Shown: piece by piece, positions 46,039 through 54,420 of the stretch
Layout: every line of letters starts with the position of its first letter
Numbering within the stretch: the first letter of the stretch is position 1
Assembly: GCF_964188315.1 (NCBI RefSeq)
Contig: NC_135655.1
Span: 66,278,001-66,332,420 of the forward strand
Direction: 5' to 3'
DNA length: 54,420 bases
DNA from: Podarcis muralis
Taxonomy: Eukaryota
The notes under the pieces: model-generated
Databases searched by the model: none
The model's input: the letters and a program-made list of their open reading frames with translations, nothing else
Told to the model about the DNA's origin: nothing
Made by a program: the position numbers and the translations under genes

Positions 46039-46635
46039 TCCTTACTCCCTCATCCAAACCTGCCTGGGTTTTGAGATCTTCAGCGGAGGCTTTTCTCTCA
46101 GTCCCACCACCCTCACAGGCAAGCTTGGTGGGAACGCGGGAGAGGGCCTTCTCGGTATCAGTGTTTCTCAATCTGTGGGGCCCCAGATGTTGTTGGACTA
46201 CAACTCCCATCATCCCTGAGCTCTTGCCTTGCTAGCTAGGGGTTATGGGAGTTGTAGTTCAACAACATCTGTGGGGACCCACAGGTTGAGAAAGGCTGCC
46301 CGGGTAGCTGCTCCCAGACTCTGGAACTCCCTCCCTAGAGAAGCTGGAGTAGCTCCTTACTTGCTGTCCTTCTGGCAGCTGAATACTTTCCTGCTCCAAC
46401 AGGCTTTTGGGAATTGACTTCTTTTAATTAAAGGGCTGGTGCCATGTTGCTTTTAGGGTAATTATATTTTTAAAACAGATTTTATATATGCATATAGTTT
46501 TAATTCTATCAATGTTTAATTGTATTTTAATGATTGGTTTTTCTATGTTTTTAGTTATTCTTGTTTTTTATCTGCAAGCTGCATTGACTTCTGTCAGGGA
46601 AACGCAAGGTATAAATAAATCTAACAGTAATAGCA
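46039..46635 (+). mobile_element. L2 LINE 3' end, interrupted by a hAT MITE
   Basis: gagagggccttctcggta / gctgctcccagactctggaactccctccc encodes RAFSVAAPRLWNSLP; T-rich UTR and ataaataaat tail. Confidence 0.8.
46159..46298. mobile_element. hAT MITE of the same family as 22592-22727, nested in L2
   Basis: TIRs cagtgtttctcaa / gttgagaaaggctg; degenerate TSD. Confidence 0.88.
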
Positions 46636-46642
46636 AAAGATT

Positions 46643-46749
46643 CTTAATCTCAGAGTCAAGGGTTCGAGCCCCACACTGGGCAAAAGATTCCTGCATTGCA
46701 TCCTGATGACCTTTGTTATCCCTTACAACTCTGCAATTCTATGATTCTA
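46643..46749 (+). mobile_element. tRNA-derived SINE fragment with CR1 tail (Squam3-like)
   Basis: B box GGTTCGAGCCC at 46661 and tail caactctgcaattctatgattcta. Confidence 0.7.
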
Positions 46750-46938
46750 ATAATAAAGAGCACAACTTTTGCATGTATGAAGCCCCTGGTTTAGTCCCTG
46801 TCATCTGCAATTGAAAGGAACTCATCCTGGAGAGCTACTGCCGGTCACAATAGACAATACTGTTGTGGATGGACCAATGGCTTAATTCAGTATAAGACCA
46901 CTTAGTGCATTCAAACCATGTAAGAGCAGATAATTTAC

Positions 46939-47085
46939 CTCTCTCTCTCTCAAACGCAATGCATACTTGATATTTGGATCTTGCAAAGTAATTGGACCTT
47001 TCTTCTTCCGAGAGGCCATTGGTTTAAAAACCAACAAGGCAACAGATATTGCAACCACCATCCCAACGATCAGGAAAGAGAGATC
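46939..47085 (-). CDS. CYB5R2: CYB5R2 exon 2 (DLSFLIVGMVVAISVALLVFKPMASRKKKGPITLQDPNIKYALRLRERE), hydrophobic anchor followed by a basic cluster
   Basis: ttccag acceptor, GAG|GTAAAT donor, 147 nt, phase 0-0; PITLQDP..KY motif. Confidence 0.93.
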
Positions 47086-48289
47086 CTGGAAGAGGGGGAA
47101 AACACACACACACAGCAAGTAAGTACTGTTGCATGCCACCCTAATCTCTGAGCAGTGCAAGATGCCAGGGGTTCCAGGCACTTACCCAGGGCTCGGTTTC
47201 CTCAGAATGAGGGACAGCAGAGACTGTGATGCCTTTAGGATATATGGTTTATTTACACATATATACAACCTGTGCCTAAGATGGAAGTGCTCACAGCATT
47301 ATCACCCCATAAAGTCTTGCTTCTCCCATAGTCACAATCTTGGAATCAAACTAAAATCAAGCATGGCTCTCACTCTCTGGCTTCTGCCTGCCAGTTCACA
47401 CACACACTGGCCATTGTCCTTCCAATAACCAGCCAGGTGAGGGAAGGGGGCCCACCTATCGGACATCTGGCACAAAGCAATCTCCTTTGTTATACCAGTG
47501 ACCCTACTTAGGGCCATTAACTCACCAAGAAGCTTACTTCAGCACTTGAATCCTCTATTAGATTTTAACCCTTGATGGAACCAGGACCCCATGAATAAGA
47601 AAAGGGACTCAGGCATCATGCAGGCTAACCGCCCCACAAAACACTGAATGTGCTGCAGTTGTGCCAGTTTAGCATCACATTTCCATAGCAGTTTTCAGCC
47701 CCGAACAATGTGCTTCACCGTAATGACGTCACAGCCCCTTCCAATTACATGCAGTAGATATCCCTGAGAAACAGAAGCTTGCTCAAAGCAATACTGTGAG
47801 TCAAATGGAAAAGCAACTTTGAGCCTTGAATTTCTCAATTGAATTTCTCAATTGCAGGCAGGAAAGATTGGTTTATCTGCATGTTGTGTGCAAGGCTCAG
47901 GATAAAGTAACAAAGTGCACAGAACCGGTCCTACAAGAACCAGTCTAATCCAAAAACCACCTCTCTCATTTCATGTCAAGACACTTGTGCACTTGGCAAT
48001 CATCATCAGAGATGGATTTAGGGTTCAGCAGCACTGGACGCAGAGCCTCGGGCGGGGTTAGTACTGCAACTATGATTTAGAATGGGGCAACATAGTGCTG
48101 AATTTTGGCATCACACAGGGCACTGCTGAAATTTGGGACCCCAAGATCTGTCACCGCCATCAGCTCTCACGGCAGCCCTAAACTCGACAAAAATCCATAT
48201 CCCGAATGCCAGTGGCAACGATTCATTGGGGAGGAAGGTAAACAAAGGCAGCTGAGGCGAATGGTCTTTTCAGGCACCTGGGCGTACAA

Positions 48290-48710
48290 AGGGCACTAGC
48301 GTCCCCGGGCTGCCTTCGCTGGGCTGGGGGGGGGGGAGAGGGTCCCCTTGGCGCCCCACTCCCCCCGCCCGACGCCGCTTTCCTCACCACACTGGACTCC
48401 ATGATCCACGACTGCAGGTCTCCCACGGAGAGCGCGACCGGCTTGGCGACGGGACCTGACGCCTCTCTTCCCTCAGGAGTTTATAGCCCGCTCTCTCTCC
48501 TCCTCTCTGGCGCGCTAACGCCTCCGGGAGCTTTTCCCGCCCAGCTTAAAGTTAAAGAGCAAAGTCCCTCGTTGAAGTTAAAGAGCAACCAGTTCCCTGG
48601 CTTCTGCGACTGCTGCACGGCCTGTTCCAGAGCGCGCTTCTGAAGCGCCTTCGGGACCTCGAAGCGCCTCGCGTCTCTGAACGGTTTCTGCTCAGGGCGC
48701 AGCCAGGCTT
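48290..48710 (-). promoter_or_regulatory. CpG-island-like promoter of CYB5R2 with TATA box (48480-48485) and GC box (48536-48542)
   Basis: The only extended CpG-dense region in the window; minus-strand TATAAA and GGGCGGG lie upstream of the start codon. Confidence 0.8.
48388..48402 (-). CDS. CYB5R2: CYB5R2 coding exon 1 (MESSV)
   Basis: Strong Kozak context (atcATGG), GTG|GTGAGG donor in phase 0, inside the CpG-rich region about 80 nt downstream of a TATAAA; gives a 304-aa protein. Confidence 0.75.
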
Positions 48711-48904
48711 CATGTTGGGGAATCAAAACCTCACTTAATTATTTTTTTCTTGTTGGGAAGGGGGCAGGTGCCCCCCCTCACTGCCTTCCCTTGGTTACTC
48801 CCATGGTCCACGGGTTGGCAGAACCGTGAGGAGGCATTGAAGGGACCTGGGTAAACTAGAATGTACCATGCAGCTTTTCTGAGGGGGGGAGGTGATTGTT
48901 CTTA

Positions 48905-49430
48905 ATTTTCATTTTCCAATACACAAAAAACCCCATAATGACAACAGAAAAGAGCAAAGGAAGGAAGGATGTGAGGAGTGAGTATTCCCAAAACAGCATT
49001 ATGGTTCCAGACAATCGTGCTTCCTGAACATATTATCCAAGAATGCTTTCCCAAAGGAATCCATGGGAAGAGGGCGGCTGCCAATCATATTCCTTTGCTT
49101 GAGCATATTCAATAAATGGATGCCAAACTATAGAAAAGTTGTCCTTTGCTTTTGGATGTATGTTTTCTTAACTTTCCCATTAATGCAATGGTCCAGAACT
49201 GGAGGTTCCAATAGTTTTGCAAATCTCCTGCAGCAGACTTCCAGTGTTTGGCCACTGTGAGCCTGGCTGTTGTGAGCAGGAATCGGAGTAGCTCTTTATT
49301 AGAAGCCTCAGTTTCCAAACCATCACATAAATATTAAATGTCCATCATCGGTTCCATAGGAGAATGCACCATGTGATTTGATAAACTATATTTATTTGTA
49401 TTTTTTAAAAAAATTAGTAAAGATTCAGGA
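48905..49430 (-). mobile_element. L1/Tx1-clade ORF2 C-terminus and 3' UTR fragment
   Basis: Minus-strand peptide LLRFLLTTARLTVAKHWKS...W..IALMGKL followed by a T-rich UTR. Confidence 0.7.
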
Positions 49431-49944
49431 AATTTACAGAATTATGGAAGGATCCTGGAGGTATATTAGGATCTTGGGATAGGAGGAATCCGTGGTGTAG
49501 TAGTAAATTATGAACAGCTGAAACTCTTCATGACATTCCCCTCCTCCAAGATATCCCCCCACAGTCAGGTCCCTTCCAAGACTCTACAAGTAAAGTTAAC
49601 CATTGGGCAGTGCTGCCACTATGACTTCAATACCAAGTCAGGTTGTCTTACCCTCTTGCTTTGCTTGACATCCAGCCATATTAAGAGTTCAATGGCCACC
49701 ACCCACCCCACCCAATGACATCTACTTTCCTTGCCCTCGCTTCAAACTACAGGCAGTTGAGAGTGTGCTTTTTAAAAAGATCATACATCCATTTAAAGAA
49801 CAAAGTTATCTTTACTGTAAGGCTGTAGTGACTATTCCAGGTTACAATAAATCTATGAATTATCCTTAATCTTCATCAAGTGCTTCTACCTAAGTAATCA
49901 TTAAATGCACACAGAAACTTAAATATGCACACACCAATCAAACC

Positions 49945-49950
49945 TTTATT
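49945..49950 (-). terminator. Candidate OVCH2 poly(A) signal
   Basis: Minus-strand AATAAA within the palindrome TTTATTAATAAA. Confidence 0.45.
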
Positions 49951-50452
49951 AATAAATGAATATCCCAATGTGAGGACAGAACAGATGTTTCCATGTGGGG
50001 GGGGTTGCAAACCTGCTTTTTTTGACTAAGACTCTGGAGCATGAAGAAAAGAAACAGAAAGTACATGTGCTTCTTCTAGATGTCTGAAAGTGATCTTACT
50101 GTCATATGGCATGATAAATTGAAAAATGCGTATTAATAGATTTTTTAAAAAATAATTTATGTTACCTTACATTATAAAAAAATATTCACGTGAAACATTT
50201 CATTGGGGAAAACTCACATGCTCCCAGTAAGTTCAATGGGACTTACTCCTAGTAAACTGTGCATAGAATTGCAGCAACATTATTTCTAAATGGAAATGTC
50301 CAAAGCTGCACTGATATATTGAACGCATGTGAAGGCTACGCTGCCGCCTTCTTCTTCAAATTATGAAACATGCAGTCCATGAACTCTGGAACAAAGCTGT
50401 CAAGTCACATGGTTTAGCTGTTGGTTTAAATGCTCACATTCATAGAAGATCT

Positions 50453-50472
50453 TCATTCCTGGCTTGAGGAGT
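50453..50472 (-). CDS. OVCH2: Candidate terminal coding exon of OVCH2 (N-SSSQE-stop)
   Basis: Strong acceptor tcttgcctcttttgcag, phase 1, TGA after 6 codons, AATAAA about 500 nt downstream; no homology support. Confidence 0.45.
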
Positions 50473-51797
50473 CTGCAAAAGAGGCAAGACAGTCAAGTCC
50501 AACTATAAAACACCCAAGAGATCATAGCCATCTAATTATAACGATGCTGTGGCAAACTTGTTATGGGCAAGGGTATACCTAGGGGTTGTTTAGGTCGGCC
50601 CCCGCCAAGGGCACAGGACCAGAGGGCAGGTGCAAAAATTATGCCTCTCCACTCTGGCTCAGAGTGGCTGGGAGCCCGCCTGCCTGTCTGCATGCTCTCT
50701 GAGCTGCTTGTCCACTACTCTGGGTGGCTGGGCGAGGGATGCAAGCTTCTCTGGGCACCTTGGCAGAGCAGTGCTATTAGAAGTGTGAGAGGAGGGAAGA
50801 AAGAATGATGGAGAGAGCCAGCAAGAGTTGCAGGAAGAGGAAAAAGACAGAAGCAAAAGCAGTGAGTGGAAGGAGGCAGGGAAGCAGATGGACCAATGGC
50901 AGAGGAGGAGAGGAGGTGGAGCAGTCACTGGCAGAGCGTGAAAGGTGACAAAAAGCAAAAAATTTGGGTTTCTGGTTCATGTTCTTTCCCAGCTTTGGAG
51001 GCACAGATATCTCCTTGTGAAAAGTGCAAGGGACTGGGGTGGGGGTGGGGCGTGTATGTACTGATACAGCAACTTACCAAGGGTGCCAGGGAGCCTAGGT
51101 CTGCCTCTGGTTATGGGGGAAACAGCACTCTCTAAAAATGGCTTTTAATTAAGTGCTACTACCACTTGTGATGAATTCAAAAAGACCCCAGAGGTTGTGT
51201 TCCTAGCAGTTCAAAGCACTTCACACTTGTGTTCCAGTTTCAATAGGTGAACACAATTTTGTAAGTCTTGGGACCCCAGCCTAGGGTCAGTGTTGGTGCA
51301 GCCACAGTTGATTGGAAGAGATGAAGGAATAATTTTAATATACTGAACTGAGAGAGAAATGGGGAGAGGGAAGGCAAACAGGAAAAGGCCATAGGGAGGT
51401 GGAGGGAGAAATGGGGTTTTAGACAGGTGCCTCATATGGGTTAAGGACCTCTAATTAAAGTGTTCGACAAGGTGGATCATTCATGGATTAAGCAATAAAA
51501 TACATTGGCATGGGAAATAATGTAGTCATTGCTTAACCTGATTGCCCGCTGTACACTTTCAGGTGACCAATAACCGCAAAGCAGCAGCTGTTTTGGTTCG
51601 CTTGAGCAAAACCAAGCAAGAGTATTGTGGAAGCCTGAAGGCCAATTTATTGTGAAACAAGCCTTTGTGACAGAGCTAGGGTCTTCACCAACGTAAGGAG
51701 GGGCAGTCATGGCCTTACTGTAGTATGTGTGGTAGGCAGAGTGAGAGAAAGTGGTAGGAGCAGAACTTACTCCTGCAGTAGGAGACCAGACATTTTT

Positions 51798-52016
51798 CAG
51801 GGCTGGACTTTGGTAATATGGCACCCTGAGTGAGGACAAAATTTGGCATCCCCTCCCTAAATATTCCTTATTTTCACTCCCTCCTCCCTCCTGCCTTCTG
51901 TTCTGCGCATCCATATAAATATAGGTATGATGATGGTGGTGATGATGATGATGATGCCCTCCCGCTGCTCAGCATCCTGTGCAGAGGAACCCCCCTCGCC
52001 CCCTAAATCCAGTGCT
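51798..52016. mobile_element. Degenerate MITE, possibly PIF/Harbinger-like
   Basis: Imperfect TIRs cagggctggacttt / taaatccagtgct. Confidence 0.4.
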
Positions 52017-52362
52017 ACGTCTTCATGCTGTCTCCCCACTTTCTGTTTCTCTCATTCAACAAGACCCTGAGTATCCTGGTGATTCTCCAGAGGAGGTGAA
52101 CACACGTGTGATGTGTTTATGTTGCCTTCTTGTGCCCAAAGACAAGAAGCAGAGGACTTTGTCCCAGAGCAGGTTCATGTGTGTGCATGTGTGCAATTAC
52201 ATTAGCACTGCTTCCATCTCCTCTAACACATGCAGGGGGTGCCAGTAGGTCTGTGACACTTCTATACAGCCCCACATGCCTGTGGAAGCATACTGGACAT
52301 CCCTCCTTAGAAAGCGTCCCTCCAGATTGGATGCTGTTGTTAAAATAAACACAGATGCCTAC

Positions 52363-52528
52363 TGGTTCCATATATGTGCTGACCGATCCAATTGGTGAAA
52401 GACGCAACATTCGTATAAACTCCTGGATAGCCAGCTCTTCCACAACCATGGCCCCAGCTTATTATTCCATTAAGGGTGTAGTAGCTTGACTCTTCTGATG
52501 GACAAACCAGTGGACCTCCTGAATCACC
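52363..52528 (-). CDS. OVCH2: OVCH2-like protease exon (GDSGGPLVC...[35 protein letters not shown]), containing the catalytic Ser
   Basis: tttttattag acceptor, A|GTAGGC donor, 166 nt, phase 0-1; GDSGGP, SWG and PGVYT motifs. Confidence 0.88.
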
Positions 52529-53543
52529 CTAATAAAAATGAATAGAGCTTAAAGTTAATGTATACTTATTTGTAAGTTGACGAGGAAAGATACTTTCAAG
52601 AGCCATCAGTGTGACCTCAGTTTACACATTCTGCATTTTCTAAATATTAAGGGGTATTGCTATTCATATCCTTATCTTCAGACTGTAGGCTGAAGCTAGC
52701 AACAAAGAAATGAATGCAGCGCCTGTCTCCTGCAACCACCACTGTTGCCAGCTTTAAGCTGCTCATTCTTTTATCATTTGCCAGCACACAGTTATGACAG
52801 CAAGTAGGTGCTCAACAGAGTGAAAGATAGCAATCTATAGAGCTCTGTTTCTGGATGGTTATGGTAAGAGACACTAGTGCAGAGTAAGGAATTGTGACCA
52901 AAAATAATAATATTTCAGATGAGGTTTCCTGCCAACAAAACAGTTCCACTGACATTCATATGAGACCCTCAAGCAGTTATAGACTAGATGCTGCAGCAAA
53001 GATGCTTTCCTGACTGCCTCACCCCTCACCACGCCTCACTCTGAAGAATGGCCCTCTTCCTCAGAATGAAGCAGAGCATGGCAATGTCATTGCCACTAAG
53101 ATAACAGCAAAACATTGTTTAAAAAACAGTGGGTAGGTGAAGTAACCACAGGAGGTGGAAATGGAGAGGCCACTAGCAGGAGAAATCATGAGATATTGAT
53201 TAATATCCACTGTCCTTGTTCAACAGCTTTCTCACTCATGGCTTTGCACATGCAAAAATCAAACATGCTTACGAGATCTTAGGAAAACAGATATGTCATC
53301 TCAGCTTCTACCATGACATTAATTAATTAGAAGACCTCTCATGGGGTAAATTTGCCTATCCCTAGTTTCATTTTCCACTCTGTGTTTTAGTACTTGGTAG
53401 TTATGGCTACCCAAGAACCAGAAGAAGCTTTGCCTTGGCTCTAATAAAGTTATGGGTCCCTGTTTTGCTGGGTGTTTGCAGAATTATTGCACAGACCTTG
53501 TTAATTCCTGGTTGAATAGAATGCATTTACTCTGACTGCTTAC

Positions 53544-53695
53544 TGTACACGCATCCTTTCCTCCTTCAGTAGGAAATCCGGCACAGAACATCCGCTTGTT
53601 CAGACCACCCGGATGGTTCGTATAGTATTTCTGACATTCTTCAGAAACCAAAATAGGAACTTCAAGTTGATGGAGTTTTCTTGAAAGTTCTCCAT
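53544..53695 (-). CDS. OVCH2: OVCH2-like protease exon (DGELSRKLHQLEVPIL...MFCAGFPTEGGKDACT)
   Basis: Canonical splice sites, 152 nt, phase 1-0; CAG and DAC (S1 pocket Asp) motifs. Confidence 0.88.
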
Positions 53696-53947
53696 CTTGA
53701 GGGGTTAAAAAGAGCACACTCAGCAAAAACTAAGATTCAGATATAGGCTCCTTAAATGTGAAGAGAACATTATTTTTTCTCTTTCACATGCCAAGTTTAA
53801 TTTGCATGAACTTAATTCTTTTGCAGTCCACATTTTCAGCTCATGAACCCCTCTTCTCCACCGGTCCCTAATGAAAAAGGAATGGCTAGCAATCATTATG
53901 GCTAATAGATGAACACAAAATTCTTACTGAAAGGAAAATGCACTCAC

Positions 53948-54143
53948 CTTCATAATGAATGCCCCAACCTGTAATGACACACACCCTGGAAGCCTCAACC
54001 TTTTCGTCTTTCTCAGGCAGACACACAGAACGAACATAATGATTGAATTCTAAAGGCTCAGTGAGTTCCACCAGTGCAATGTCTGAATCTGTAGTTGTGG
54101 TGTTAAAATCTGGATGCGGAATGTACTGTTTCACCAATCTTTT
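53948..54143 (-). CDS. OVCH2: Ovochymase-2-like S1 serine protease exon (KRLVKQYIPHPDFNTTTTDSDIALVEL...CVITGWGIHYE), containing the catalytic Asp
   Basis: tttctag acceptor, G|GTGAGT donor, 196 nt, phase 0-1; DIAL and TGWG motifs; synteny next to CYB5R2. Confidence 0.88.
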
Positions 54144-54420
54144 CTAGAAATAGGAAAGCACAGCAGGATGATACATGGGAAGATGTCAGCAGCTCAAAGA
54201 CTGCTCTCCTCCTCCCCCCCCCCTTTCCCCCCAACCTTATACTGTATACAACATTAAAGTGTCACAAACCAGTTTTAGAACCAGTTTTAGAAAGAACTTT
54301 ATGATATGAAAGTAGAGACAATGCTTGTACTATTGTAACCCAAGAAAATCCTTAATAAAAACAATATTTACAAACACATTTCAGGTAGTTACCTACTTCA
54401 CTGGTAATAACCTACTTCAC

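Noticed and set aside
51030-51050. G-quadruplex motif, also 36484-36505 on the minus strand
   Set aside because: Fits the pattern, but lies in repeat-like or intergenic sequence with no functional context.
51771-51825. 55-nt OVCH2 exon candidate (ctcag acceptor, GGA|GTAAGT donor)
   Set aside because: In the phase required by the upstream exon it stops after RCHITKVQP, has no homology, and its acceptor lies inside a MITE; at most an exonised or alternative terminal exon.
1-54420. Prokaryotic-type systems (operons, CRISPR arrays, defence or toxin modules)
   Set aside because: The sequence is intron-rich vertebrate DNA; there are no repeat-spacer arrays or long intronless ORFs of that kind.

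Overview
Eukaryotic genomic DNA from a vertebrate, most likely a squamate and probably a lacertid lizard (inferred from Sauria/Squam-type SINEs). Three intron-containing genes occur in the conserved vertebrate order PPFIBP2(+), CYB5R2(-), OVCH2(-). (1) The 3' part of PPFIBP2 (liprin-beta-2) spans 2186-33757, with 20 homology-supported exons plus three candidate alternative exons; its 5' exons lie upstream of the window. (2) CYB5R2 is complete: 9 coding exons, 37220-48402, 304 aa, an N-terminal membrane anchor and a CpG-rich TATA promoter. (3) The 3' end of an ovochymase-2-like serine protease lies at 50453-54143. Introns carry SINEs, LINE fragments, MITEs, an internally deleted Chapaev transposon and a foldback insertion with a 15-bp TSD. 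I found no wholly new biological system. The best leads are unexpected PPFIBP2 isoform architecture (33-nt microexon, candidate internal first exon, 69-nt cassette exon, two consecutive stop-free 3n introns around a GC donor, two alternative C-termini), the foldback element and the Chapaev relics. Gene and family names come from recalled protein and repeat motifs, not database searches; coordinates were counted by hand.
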